Below, in pieces: positions 25,761 to 39,959 of a stretch of DNA of 64,000 nucleotides. Position 1 is the first letter of the stretch, and every line of letters starts with the position of its first letter. Made by a program: the position numbers and the translations under genes. This stretch comes from Chrysomallon squamiferum (taxonomy: Eukaryota; Animalia; Mollusca). Where the stretch lies: the NCBI GenBank assembly GCA_012295275.1, contig CM022672.1, forward strand, positions 32,860,001-32,924,000. The letters run 5' to 3'. The notes below the pieces were generated by a model that ran no database searches, was not told the origin of the DNA, and worked only from the letters and a program-made list of their open reading frames with translations.

Positions 25761-27534
25761 TTAATAGGAAATATATGTGAGAAACAAGGTGCATGTTAAA
25801 TTTCCATTCATTTTGTGAGAATAAATTCGCTGTCATTCAGTGGTATCAACTTCAAATCAGTTTTGAACAAAAACCAGTTTCAACTATAATTAATAAATAA
25901 TGAATTCAGTCTGATCATTAAAAAAATAGACCCAAGAAATTGTAATAGAATGTATGTTAATAAGATAAAGATCAGTATTACAAAGTTTAACAATAACATG
26001 TTCATAAAAAATAGAAATTATTCCTGAATGAAATAAGGATTCTGTTTGTAGTGATAGAAGTTTAACTGTACACTCGTGATGTCTTGAAAATTACTGTTGA
26101 AACATAAAATTAAATTCAGTGAAGTGTTTTGTTGTATTTAAAGAATTTTATTAACAGTTATTATTTCAAAAATATAAATCTGCTTTCACTTGGCAAAGAC
26201 TTAAATTATCATTACGTAATTCAAATAAAGCCTAAATGAAGTAATAATAACAATATTACTTCTAGTGGTATAACAATAATAATAATAAACTATGTATAAT
26301 AACAATAATAAATTATGTGGTAGACAGATAGACAAATTAGACTGAAGATAGGAAGGTATCATATAGGTACGTAAATGTGTAGACTGATACACAGAGTGTG
26401 TGTATATGTAAATATATAAACAGATACTTAGGCAAAGGAAGATATGTACAAACACACACATAAGCAAAGTTAATGCCAGTCAGATGGAAAGATATATAGA
26501 TAGGTAAAAGATAAAAGCATGGTTGAAGCATGGATGTGTGGGTTAACAAATACATGAAACAGACAGATGTGTGTAGTGATGTATCAGTGTATGGATGGAT
26601 TTGATGGATACATTTAGGCTTCATGGATACAACTGAGAAGACTGACTGACTGACAGAGGGACTCAAAGACAGAGATGCAGAGAGATAATAAACCTGTGTA
26701 CATTATACTTCAACAATTTAAATAAATATGAAGTTTAATAAATATAATAAGAAAATGTTAGAGTTGAGTACTGATCATCATCTTAAAGTCCAGAACCAGA
26801 ATCAAATCCACAATCCAAACATTTTTGTAAAGATTTAGTTGAATATTCCCCTAACTAAATAATCCCATGAAACTCATTGAAAAAGACCAAAATAAATGAA
26901 TAAATGAAATAATAATATTAAAATAAAATAAAATAAAATAAAATAAAAAAATAAAAGCAGACAAGAATTGCCCATCTTTTTGTTTCTCTTTCTCTCTCAG
27001 CACAACTGGATGGGGAACAGTTTACGAAGTACAGGAACAGATGATACTGATCACTAATGAATTAAGATTCAGTGACAGAGGCGTATCTGTCTAGTTGTAA
27101 GTATGTCATACATGACACTACATATATTAGAGGTGCAGTGGGAATTTAGTTATTTCAACCTTTCATTGTACCTGGAAGAGCCCAGTTATACACTGAGGAG
27201 TGTAGAGTGACTTCTGATCACTGTATTAGATACTGCACACAAGAGATGAGCAGACAGACACACAAACAGGTAGACAGAAGTGACAGAAAGTAGATGGATG
27301 GATGCAGAGACCAGTGGAAGATGTTTGATTCTATAAATGGTATCATGGATGAATGTGTGGAGTTAGGTGGGAGACAATAATGGATGTAACATGAGATGGT
27401 TAGTCAGACAATAGATATTTCTAGTATTGTTTGTGAAGAGAATTTTAATCTGGAAATCCAGTCTGAGTTTGTCTATACTCAATGCTTAGTCTTAGTGGAA
27501 AATGGAATTTTTATTTTGGTGTGTTTGTATATTG

Positions 27535-27570
<36 letters not shown>

Positions 27571-29047
27571 TTGTATATTGGTGTGTATGTGTGTCTATAT
27601 GTGTGTTTTGGAGAGACAATGGATATTAATAAAAAGGTAAATAACAATCTATAATTTTTTCATGAAGAAAGGACACTAAACACAGAACTTATGATACTCA
27701 GTGTTCATAATTATAACATTATTATTAAACATAATAAAATAATACATGTAATTATTGTATTTGGAGAAACACCCACAAACACTCACCCAGACATACATAT
27801 ATGTTCACACATACACATACCACCATACATACATACATGCATCTTTAATAATATTCATATATACACAGCATACATACATACATCCAGAAGTACATACATT
27901 CACAACACACATACATTATAACATACATATATATTCTTGGTTCTCAATTTCATGGACTAATAGGTGGAACAAACATGTACATTTACCAGAGGTAATCATG
28001 CAATAGGGAAATGGTGGTAAAAGTCAAATTCTGTGATTTTACACAAAGGTCTGTATCAAAGAGTATATATTATACAGAGATTTCAGTCAGCTGTAAATAT
28101 ATATATCTCAGTCTCAGGCAGGATTTAGCTTGGCTGTAGAGTGTCTGATGTAGGATCTATGTGTCTATACTATATATATATATACATGTATGTATGCATG
28201 TATGTATGTATGTATGTATGTATGTATGTATAAATACAGTAGTATTAGAAACACAAGCTTCTTTTAAAACTGTGTTTGGCCAGCAAAAAACCTTCAGTAT
28301 TGCAGTATAATACTAGAATAATGGCAATTTGTCACAACAATCAGGCAGCACAGCAAGTATATAATATATATATATATGACTTATTTAAAACAAGTTGTGT
28401 TTTATAACTTTGGAATTATCCAATTGTGTTTCAGAATTAATTTATGTTCTGTAGTGCTAAATGTTAAAGAAAAGAACATTTGCAAGTAAACTTGTCTAAA
28501 ACTCATCAACATTTTATTTCAGAAAAACCACTGTCTATTATTATTATTATTGTTGTTGTTGTTGTTATTATTATTAACCAGTTTTAATATACCAGTTTAA
28601 AATTTGTTTCCGTAAATTTCTGACAGAAATCTTTGAAGATGGTTTGCAGAAATTAGGACTCTAGAACTAGTTTGAAGTCATATTTATACTATTTGCATAC
28701 ATAATGGATGCATAATGAATATTCATAACTGTATGGATTATATATAAAACAAATTCATTCTCAAAAGTATTTTAGTTATCAAGTTAGAAACTAAACCATG
28801 TAGAAAAATCTAAAACATATGATTTTGAATAATTTTAAGTAATAATAAGTGCATTAATCCAGAAAACAGTACTATTTATTATCTCATTAGAGAAATAGTA
28901 AATTATATCAAAATCATAAATCACAATAGTATCTAAATTAATGTAGTTTCATTTACCTAATGTAATGCAGTGTATAGATATATCAATAAGATAATCTCTA
29001 TCTTTTAAATTAAATTATTATCATCATTGTCATTGGTATTAATACTG

Positions 29048-29094
<47 letters not shown>

Positions 29095-30229
29095 TATTAA
29101 GGTGCTTGGAAGTTATGAATGTAGTTTCAAAATAAGTGAGCTAATTCACTGATAAACATTACACATGATTAAAAATATTTTTTCAAATTGTTTTAAAGAA
29201 ATAAATTATTTAGTAAAATGTTTATTCACATACTATGACGTAGCTTTGTTTTGAACCAAACATTTAACTTATCCCTACACTTATTCTCATCCTAACCCTT
29301 CCCTCTCCATTATTCTAAACATATTTAACAACACATTAATAAAAAACAATATTATTTTATTTTTAAATTTTACTTGAAAGGTAAATTTGTATTAAGACAA
29401 ATTTGATTTTAAAGCAAACCCTGATTTTAACCATAACATTATGATTAACAGTAATACTAAAGCTATTTATAAAATGAAACATTTATTAACCATCAAACGT
29501 TATTTTCATATCTGTTACCAAATACTGACCCTGTTCTAAACAAAGTAATAATAATAAATTAAATATGCTTAAATAAATAAATAAATATAAAATTCAGCTA
29601 CATTTTATTTTAATTCTAACCCTAACTCTAACCCTAACCTAATTACTAAAACTATCTAAACTTTTAGACTATAAGTCTAAAGTCTATACTTTCACAGACA
29701 TTTATTTAATTAAAATTGGAAAGTTCCTTTAAACCTAGTAAATAGCCATGGAAGTAATTTGCACTTTGCCTATATAACAGATTGCTTATTGCAATTAAAT
29801 GTTATTTTCAGTCTAATCCTTGCCTTGATGTAAAATGTATCTTAAATGAAGGATGTATTGAATTAAATTAAGTTTTAAATAGATTTCCTAGCACTGAATT
29901 TAATCATATCCATAATCTTAAATCTAATGAATCCTAAATACAATATTAATCTTAGATTTGAACCAAGCCTCATCATTACTTGTTGTTACAGCTAAATTTT
30001 ACTGACAGATTAGATTTTGAAAAAAAAATAATGTCTTAGTCTTAACAGTCTCTCTCTCTCTCATATGAATAGAGAAGAAGAGATTTTCAAATTTACTGAT
30101 GTGATGTCTGATATTTTCTAATACATAATCAGGAATTATTATAAATCTGTATAAATAGTAAATTACTTAATGTGATTTTTGTAACAAATATCAGTTTCTA
30201 CAAAGATTAAATAAACATTGCTAATCACA

Positions 30230-31970
30230 ATCTATTTCAGATGCTAGTATATAATTACATATCTCAGGAAAACATAATGTTAGGACACCGAAAGGCCTAA
30301 TCATCATATACTGGAACAGGTGGGAAACTTGCATTTGAAACATCAATCAAACTGAAGTTTATCTTTTCTTAAATTTACACCATCAATTTTCTGGAACCCT
30401 TCAAAAAACTTTCCACATTATTATTTTTGTCACATTGATAATAAATTAACAAAACTCCTCTGACCAGTGTCTGATGACTCTAAAACACACAGACATTTAC
30501 ATTTGTAAATTAAATAATAGTTTTATTAGAGGCTGCATCAATAATTTTTCTTTATTATATATGTATATATATATATTAAAAGGTTAACAGTGCAGAAGTT
30601 CACATGAGTTCCAAGCACCAAACAGTATCAGTGACTATAACAGTTGTTGTCTTCTCAACTAGTCTGTGATTTGTTTTCTCTTTGTGTTACAAACATTTCA
30701 ACCTGAATCAGAAAATTCAAATAATTTTGTACAGCTACTAATATATAAGAATCTATAATGTTTATTGAGTTTCGGTTAATGTACCAAAACTATGTAAATA
30801 AAAAATGTTCCTCACCTTAGGATGTTTGATAATGCTAGCTAAAAATATTAAATTAAAAATAGAATACAAAATAATTTGAAATATTTATTTCAACAAAAAA
30901 ACAAGTTATATCAAAACTACTTTTTCATATAAAAAGACATAATTTTGGAAAAATGTTATAAAAATCCTTAAATACAAATTTAGAAAAACATGATATAATT
31001 GAACTTTTAAATTAAATTTGTTTTAAAATGTTTTATAAGGTTTTTAAGATCAGAGCCAAGGGTGTTGTAAAATATAAAAATACCAAGATTTCTGATCTAT
31101 CCAACAAAAGTATAATAATAAAACATTCAAAATAATGAAATAAAAAATACCAAGATATTTATTTACAGAAGAAAATAACAAATAACTTGTAATCTGAAAA
31201 TTATTTATTCAGAAAATTTATATATTCTGATTTATCTTCCAAAAACTCATAAAATTATCTACTTCCATTTTATGTTTTATTAAGATATGTTTATTGGCTA
31301 AATCTTTACCAGAAGTCTTGGTGTTCTTTGTTATTTTATATTTGGTATAGATAATTCAGTAGATTTAAAAAATAAAATAAAATAAGAAATACAAAAAAAT
31401 AAAACAGAAAAATGAAATTATCTCCCCTGGACCAAACACATTTATATAAAATGTGTATTTTATTTTCAAAGCAATAATCAAGTATTTCTAACATAAATCA
31501 TTTTTAAAAAATAAAGTCTTTTTCACAGACCTGACTGTACTTGCTACTGTGTCTGGTCCAAACATTATGTATGTAACTATATCTTGTATGAACAACATTG
31601 TGACTTCCAATCTGAAATCACAGTTTCACAGTTTTATAAATTATTCACTAAGTGTAGTCCATGACTCACACAAGTGATGTTTTTAAACCTTTGTTTGGTG
31701 TGGATTTTTCTAAAAGTTATCAGTATTCTCCAAGCATTCAGCTTCTTTTTTTTTTCTTTTTTTTTAGATGTTTCATCTTCTGCTATTTCTTCTGCTTGCT
31801 TAGTTCAGTGTGATCAGAAAATTTCAAAAACTTGGAGGCAAACTCAAGAAGCCATTTAGAATGAACAGATGATTATCATTAACACTTTTCATTATAAACA
31901 ACCCTGAAATATTTAAAACAAAAATAAATGTGTTTTTATTAAAACTAAAATAATATTCAGAATTGTATAA
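30230..31970 (-). repeat. Inverted duplication of ~35538-37715 (third, partial copy of the spliced unit)
   Basis: Collinear reverse complement; e.g. 31270-31440 matches 36045-36215 and 30240-30500 matches 37380-37710. Carries private indels. Confidence 0.92.
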
Positions 31971-32015
31971 ACAGTATTAATTTGTGCTGATTATTAAAAT
32001 TTACTTGAAACAAAA

Positions 32016-32215
32016 NNNNNNNNNNNNNNNNNNNNNNNNNNNNNNNNNNNNNNNNNNNNNNNNNNNNNNNNNNNNNNNNNNNNNNNNNNNNNNNNNNNNN
32101 NNNNNNNNNNNNNNNNNNNNNNNNNNNNNNNNNNNNNNNNNNNNNNNNNNNNNNNNNNNNNNNNNNNNNNNNNNNNNNNNNNNNNNNNNNNNNNNNNNNN
32201 NNNNNNNNNNNNNNN
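32016..32215. other. Assembly gap (200 N)
   Basis: Run of exactly 200 n. Confidence 0.99.
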
Positions 32216-35200
32216 ATTTTGATATTAATAAACTCCAAGAACAATATATTTCTGAACTGAGATATATTATCCAGGATAACAATTAAACAGTATTATAAAT
32301 TTGAAAAAAACAACAACAACCAAAAAAAAAAAAAAAAAAAAAACCCACATAAAAATAATAAATAAATAAATAAAGAAATAAATAAATAAAAAAAAAAAAA
32401 TGAAAAGAAAGAAAGCAAATATTTATGAAAAAACATATATAATAGAAAGTAAATACAACAAATCACTTTTCTTTTCAATCTAATAACTATTGAAACAGCC
32501 CTATTTTTGCTTATTTATATACTATATTTAAAATAACAAAATTTAACTCTATAACTATTTAAAGTAAAAACAGTTCACACGTGAACCTGCTGTTTTTTCA
32601 GTATTTAACAAGTTATTAATGTGTTTATCTCTTGATTACAAAATTTGTTGAAATTACTCGTGGTTTGAGATTATGGTTTCCTTTCTACTGTCGCATTCGG
32701 GAAGGTTCGGAATGATCCGAATGGTCACGACCAGTTTTAACGATCCTGAGTCAGCGAGACTCGCGGTTTTGTTTATCAAGACTACAGTTAACCACATGCA
32801 TATCCGGCGTTCACAGTTAGTGTTTACAAAAAAAATATTGGCAAAATAAAATAAGCCAGTACGTCCAATTTATCGAACTACGAGCAAACATTTTACGTTA
32901 AATAAATATTTGAGATAAAGTAATTAATAGTGGCTCTTGAATTATAACTTATAGGTAAACAGGTCAAGTCGCCCAAACGGATCTTTGGCCATTTCAAGCC
33001 CGCTGCCCTGTATTAGTGTTTAAGTGTATTACAGAGTATACAGTATAACTGTAGTGTATATTATACAATATAGGCCTATATACATATTTCGCAAAGTAAT
33101 ATTTAAAACTATATATGTATATACACAGTTTTAATATACTAGCTGTTATGAAGTGGACAGGTATATTTAAAAATGTATTTAAAATTTTGTTGTGTGTGAA
33201 AAACATTGTTTTATATATATTTATCATGCTGATATTTTGAAGTAAAATACAGTTGTTATTGTTCTTGTTATTATTGTTGTTGTTGTTGTAAAATCTTGTA
33301 CAACTATTAATCATGTATATTTGTTATATATTTATTTTGTATTTACAGATGGTTGAATTTCCACTGGAGTCCATATTGTCCAAGATGTTTGTCATGTCAT
33401 TTCACTTGGCCTGTAGTTCTGGAATTGTCACAGTTGTGTCTGTGTTGTCTGTGCAAAGTGATTTATACAGACCAGAGGTTTGAAATTCATTTTTTGTATT
33501 GGTATCACATATATGATAAAGCTATTATAACATTAAACATCCAAAATTATTATTAAACAAATTTTACATAAAACATCTTTTGTATTGAAGATGAAAAAAA
33601 ATACATACAAGGAAATGAATTTATTGTTTTTAAAAACAGAAAGAAGTAAAATTATTCATGAATAAAATAAATGATTTTTCCTCCATCCTAAAGATTTTTA
33701 TTTTTATTTTTTTGTTTTTATATTTATGGGAAATAATCTTTTTTAAGAAAAATGTTTTTTCACACAATGAAAGTTTTGTCACTAAACTGGAAAAAAAACT
33801 TGAAGCTTTCATTTTCCTTTTTGTTGGTTATTATGAACAATAATAAAATACAGAAAAATCTCAGCAAAATCAATTTATTCTGAATAAATAATTTGTTATT
33901 CTAATATTTTAGGTGATATTTAAATAGTAATTTGTTTTTGTTTCCAGAGATTACCAATGATAAATTTTATAATTCTTTTTTTTTTTTTTTTTTTTTTAAT
34001 TAACTGTAATTTTATTTATTAGAGTTATCAGTCATAAATGTTAATTTTTTTTAGTTAACTCGTTTCATTATTAAGGTTTGTCAATGATAAATGTAATTTA
34101 TGACTTTACAGGATAAACAAGCTCTTTCTGTTCAGAAAAAAGGCCAGGTTTCTTCAGGCCAAGTATGACCGCTTGATCATGTGTGTAGTGCACAGTTCAG
34201 TGAAGAACAGACACTTCTCCAGTCCTGACTGTTAAGAGAAATTTGTACAGACTCAGACACTCAGATGTACTCAACATGTTTGTAAACAGATGCTGGGTAG
34301 AATGGACAGGTAATTCAGTTTACTACCAGATTTTATAAAGATTAAATTTAAAATAATAAATTACTTAATTTCACCTGAGAATGTTTTAATATTAATATTA
34401 TTACATATAAATTTGTTGTTTATTTGTAAATACAGACTTTGTCATTGATTCACCAATAGTGATAACATAGCTGTAAGAGGAAATAGTCAATTGAATATGC
34501 ATTTTAGAAAGTTTAAATTTAAAAATTAAGAATAAGTTAAAGATTATAGATTTTATGTTATCAATTTAAAAAAAGTAAAAAATAAAAATAAATAAGTATG
34601 TTTTATTTTTAAAATTATTAGATTCATACTTAAAGGTTCTGACTTGATTTGTTCACACTTGTGTTAAACACACACACCCCCAGATAATTAAAATACAGGA
34701 AAAAACAAGAAATATTTTGATAAATACAGCTTGACTTTATTTCATTTCAGTCAAATTTTATTTCACTCTACATATATCTTAAGTTGAGAAGAAATTCAAA
34801 TGAAGAAATAAAATTATAATAGTTGTTCTACAAAAATGTACAATTAATGTTTTATTTTCAGAAACAAGCTGGATGTTATGTCAGAATCACCACAGAGTAC
34901 AGAAATCTATTTGCAGCAGATTCTCACAGCAAAGAAATCACAGGACAGTTACAGACAATCAGATGTTTTACATCAGTGCTGTTTTAACAGGCTGAGTGAT
35001 TGGTAAGTAAAGTGTATGTACATTACATTTGTAATACTATTAGACATTTTTGTTTTAAATGTAATGTCTTGTCTGGTTTTGTGGACACAAGCAGGTGTTG
35101 TACACAGAGTACAGAAATCTATTTACAGCAGATTCTTCACATCATGTTAGTTTAACTGTCTGCTTGACTGGTAAATAAATGTAAAAGTATCTCTCACAAA

Positions 35201-36293
35201 TTTTAATAAACTTTTCCATCAGGCCTTTCGGTAACCATGAAGTGTGAAAAATAATGTTAAATGGTCTGTTTCAGATGACAGTTATTATTTTTGATAATGA
35301 CAGTGAGAGCAAAACCCTTTACCTTTTCACTGTTAATTAAGACAGCAATTTTTATGTTCAATTTTCAGTGTACATTTTTTAATACACCAGTAACAGACTC
35401 CCAAACTCAAGATTGATACAAAAATCTGTTACTTCTTAGCACAGTTCTCTACTATTAAGTCACAAAACATCAGATTTGAATTTTATCTAGTGTTCATTTT
35501 ACATGTCAAATTGTATAATCCACATTAAGAGGTAAATTTTATACAATTCTGAATATTATTTTAGTTTTAATAAAAACACATTTATTTTTGTTTTAAATTT
35601 TCAGGGTTGTTTATCATGAGAAGTGTTAATGATAATCATCTGTTCATTCTAAATGGGTTCTTGAGTTTACCTCCAAGTTTTTCAAGTTTTCTGATCATAC
35701 TGAACTAAGGAAGCAGAAGAAATAGAAGATGAAATATCTCCACACAAAAATAAAAAGAAGCTGAATGCTTGAAGAATACTGAGAACTTCTAGAAAAATTC
35801 ACACCTAACAAAAGTTTAAAAACATAGACTACACTTACTGGATAATTTATAAAACTGAAACTGTGGTTTCAGATTGGAAGATGTAGTTACCTACAGACCA
35901 ATATACATAATGCTAGGACCAGACACAGCACCACCTTCAGTCAGATCTGTGAAAAAAAAAAAAACTTTAATTTTTAAAAATGATTTATGTTAGAAATACT
36001 TGATTACAGGATTAAAAAAAAAAGTACACATTTTATATAAAGATGTTTGGTCCAGGGGAGATAATTTAATTTTTCTGTTTTATTTTTTGTATTTCTTATT
36101 TTATTTTATTTTTTAAATCTACTGAATTATCTATACCAAATATAAAATAACAAAGAACACCAAGACTTCTGGTAAAGATTTAGCCAATAAACTTATCTTA
36201 ATAAAACATAAAATGGAAATAGATAATTTTAAGTTTTTTGGAAGATAAAATCAGAAATTAGACATTTTCTTAATAAACAATTTTCAGATTACA
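32216..36293 (+). repeat. Direct segmental duplication, copy 1 (near-identical to ~54315-58433)
   Basis: About 4.1 kb collinear with only scattered substitutions and short indels; begins at the gap edge. Confidence 0.95.
32650..35960 (+). ncRNA. Putative spliced non-coding or pseudogene transcription unit, copy 1
   Basis: CpG-rich 5' segment 32650-33010, then GC-richer blocks bounded by AG/GT: 33349-33477, 34112-34309, 34862-35002, 35605 onward. No long ORF after splicing. Confidence 0.4.
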
Positions 36294-37191
36294 AGTTATT
36301 TATTAAGCCTCTAACTTTTTTCTAAACAAATGCCTTGGCCTTTTTTTTTTTTTTTTTTTTCATTTTGAATGTTTTATTATTGTACTTTTTGTTGGATAGA
36401 TCAGAAATCTTGGTATTTTTATATTTTACAGCACCCTTGGCTGTCATCTTAAAAATCTTATAAAACATTTTAAAACTCTTAATTTGAAAGTTCAATAATA
36501 TTTTATAAAATGCTTTTCTAAATTTTTAATTAAGGACTTTTATTACATTTTTCTAAAATTATGCTTTTTATATGAAAAAGTATTTTTGATATTAACTTGT
36601 TTTCTTGTTGAAATAAACATTTCGAATTATTTTATATTCTGTTTTTAATCTAATATCTTTAGCTAGCATTATCAAACATCCTAAGATGAGGAATATTTTT
36701 ATTTATTTGGTTTTGGTACATAAACCGAAACTTAATAAACATTACAAATTCTTGTATATTAGTAGCTGTACAAAATTATTTGAATTTTCTGATTCAGGTT
36801 GAGTGCACGAAATGTCCATAACATAGAGAGAAAAAAAAATTACAGACTAGTTTAAACCGTTTGTTTTAAGAAAAGTAAATAAAATTTGATTACATATATT
36901 TATTTATTTGTATTTCTATAACTGAAAAACAAATCAAGATTTCACCCATTTTATCTAGTCAGCAAGAGATATAAACATTTACTCAGTCTGTCAGGGTTTT
37001 TTCTTTATGCTGTCAAAACAGAAGTGAAAATGTCAGCCTAAGAGAAACACACTCAACTTTAAAATCTCATGTGTCACTGAATGATGTGTAGATTGGGAAA
37101 AAATACCAGACTGCAGCACCGCAAGGAGACAACAACTGTCACTGATACTGTTTGGTGCTTGGAGTTGATGTGAACTTCTGCACTGTTAACC

Positions 37192-37239
<48 letters not shown>

Positions 37240-37307
37240 TAAATAATACAGTTTTATTACAGGCTGCATCAATAATTTGTCTTTATATATGTGTATCTAT
37301 GTATATA

Positions 37308-37354
<47 letters not shown>

Positions 37355-37769
37355 GCATACATATTAGTTTAATTTAAAAAAATGTCTGTGTGCTTTAGAG
37401 TCATCAGACACTGGTCAGAGGAGTTTTTGTTAATTTATTATTAATGTGACAAAAAGAATAATGTGGAAAATTTTTCAAAGGGTTCCAGAAAATTGATGTA
37501 ATAAAATAATATTTCTGTTCAACATAAAATAATAAATTTAAGAAAAGATAAACCTAATTTTGATTGATGTTTTAAATATGTTTCCCACCTCTTCAGTATA
37601 TGATGATTAAGCCTTTCAGTGTCCTAACATTGAATCAGTAAAGTTATTTTCCATTAAGAATATGTATTTATTACATTTTCCTGAGATATGTAATTATATA
37701 CAAGGATCTGAGAGATTCATTAACCAAAAATAGTAAGAGAAACACTTTTTATAGATAAGGTAGGTTTTT

Positions 37770-37814
<45 letters not shown>

Positions 37815-37815
37815 T

Positions 37816-38901
37816 CAGTGCCGGATTTACAACGTAGCAGATGTAGAAAATGGTACGGGCCCCGCGCTTTCAGAGGCTTTCAGGTGTTTGGGTTTTTTGT
37901 TTAATCAAAAAGCTACAGCCTTTTGACTGTAGCCTTTGGTATTTTTTTCGTGTAGATGTACGTTTATGAACAGTTTTGTTGTTGAAATTTGCTTTTCTGA
38001 CTAGGCAGTGAACCACGCCTAGTTCATTAGTTGCTTTCTCGCAAATACTGAAGAAACGTCTGCAAGCAGATGAGGAAATCAGTAACAAGTTTGGATTCTT
38101 CCGACATTTACGGTCAGTATCCAACGAACATCTGTCAAAATCGGCGCTGGCTGTCATTAACACGTATCAAAATGATTTCCAGGCCAATGTAACAAACGAA
38201 CTTCTACAGTTCGTGGCACTTCTGATCCGAGTGCTTCTCAGTCAGATGCTGCAGCTGATGATGAGGACAGCACGGCGATGACAGGCGACGAGACATTGGA
38301 GCTGCTGATATACCGTCTCATCAGCGATCACAACATGCAGTCATGTTTATCTAATATTGAAATAATGCTACGCATGCATTTGTGTTTGGTGATTACAAAC
38401 TGCACGGAGGAACACTCGTTTTCCAAATTGCGCCGCATAAAAACTACACAAAGAAAGACGATGGGAGAAAAACGTTTAAATATGCTGACGTTGATGGACA
38501 TCGAATGCGACGTTTCATAACGATTGACACTACTTCCGATATAAAATAACCTGTTCATATAAAATCTCGAAGGCGCGATATTTAAACTTAATCTGAGTTT
38601 GAATCACACATGTCTAGTGGCTATAACTTTGACCCATGTTTTCGGGGCATACATACAGTTAAATTACAGTTTAAAGACATTTACACTAGTTTCCGATACT
38701 GTTGGCAAGATTCCCTTTGTTTCGACGATACATCTGACTGACTATTCAAACATTAAGGTGCGTTTATGTTGTATGTAAAGCTATGATAATAGTGGCCGTG
38801 AATTGAATTGGGGGGAGGGGTGGTTACTTCTGTAACTAGCCAATAGTAGGGGCCTATGATATATTTTACTACAGGACCCGCAGTTGCTTAACTCGGATCT
38901 G
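37816..38901 (+). mobile_element. Internally deleted hAT DNA transposon with transposase C-terminal dimerisation domain remnant
   Basis: ORF 38278-38520 LSNIEIMLRMHLCLVITNCTEEHSFSKLRRIKTTQRKTMGEKRLNMLTLMDIE matches the hAT dimerisation motif (ERSFSxLKRIKxxLRSTMxxxRL). Left end cagtgccggattta plus gggcccc; decayed right end ggggcct..taactcggatctg. No TSD seen. Confidence 0.88.
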
Positions 38902-39473
38902 ACTGGGACCCATCTCTCCCAAACAACCGCCGCGTAACGCAGTATTCCTCCGCCGCGCTCACAAAAAGCTCAAGTTTAAGACGCGCTGCTGCAAGTCGAA
39001 ATTTCTTTTCTATATTATTTATGGGATCAGTTGAAACAGCGGATGTATTAGATAGAGAGATAGATAGATATATAGATATCTTCGAGAACAAAGATGCATA
39101 AATGAACCAATAAATAGTTAATACTATCATGTGTAATATAATTACAAACACTTTTATAATTTATCTATATATTATGTTTCATATACAAACTGAAAAAAGT
39201 ATTAAAAATAAATGAATACACAAATATCAAATAAATAAATAAATAAATAATAAAGGAATGAGATGTTTATATTGATTTTACATGTATGACACAAAACAAT
39301 CCATAGAAAGAAGTTTCAATTTAAACGAAGTGTGTATGACGTCATCACTGCTGCCTGACGTCTTCACAAATTCCAAACGCAAAAAATTAAATAAATAAAT
39401 AAACAGAAAACAAATAAAAATAAATAAAAATAACTGATGACTAAAACTGACAATATTTGAACGATGTTGTTTT

Positions 39474-39860
39474 TTATACTAAAAATAGCAAAGCATTTAT
39501 TTGTCCGTGTGTCATATCTGCACAAAGTCGACTGTCACTGTATGTACATCTACAAACAAGAGTCTACAACGATTTTTGATTCATCATCAGCTCCACGCCA
39601 CGTGTAGCCCTGTTAATATTAACACAGAAGCTGTATTCAGCGTCTTAGTAATATTCACTGCACGTCTGAACACGACGAGTTCATATCGTTGTGTCAGTGT
39701 AGACTCGTCCAGTATTTTGTCTGTTCTTGAGTCACTGGCAAAGACGCTAACTTCGAGGTTCACGTAACCGTACAATTGAAATCCGCAAAATAAAGCATGT
39801 TTGTTCACAGAGAATGTAATGATCTCATCTGCTTCACTAAAACATTACAATTCAGAAATA
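39474..39860 (-). pseudogene. BTB-BACK-PHR family pseudogene fragment (PHR domain only), copy 3
   Basis: EADEIITFSVNKHALFCGFQLYG..DSRTDKILDESTLTQRYE..VVFR..SKIVVDS..GQINALLFLV* aligns to 48530-48945 with deletions and frameshifts. 3' flank similarity continues to ~39060. Confidence 0.9.
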
Positions 39861-39905
39861 ACAGCAGCAAATAATCCACGAAATAATAAGATAAAGAGGA
39901 AGATA

Positions 39906-39959
<54 letters not shown>

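Noticed and set aside
27001-27096. Serine-protease exon (TGWG motif)
   Set aside because: In-frame stop before the donor and no other trypsin motifs nearby.
29616-29645. Interstitial telomere (also 12410-12440 and 52057-52090)
   Set aside because: Only 2-3 degenerate TTAGGG-like units, a common low-complexity motif.
30278-30330. Hammerhead ribozyme (ccgaaaggcc hairpin)
   Set aside because: The CTGATGA and GAAA core are not in the required order and strand with three stems.
37598-37690. C/D box snoRNA (ATGATGA ... CTGA)
   Set aside because: No terminal stem, box spacing is not conserved in the inverted paralog (30260-30310), and no recognisable rRNA guide.
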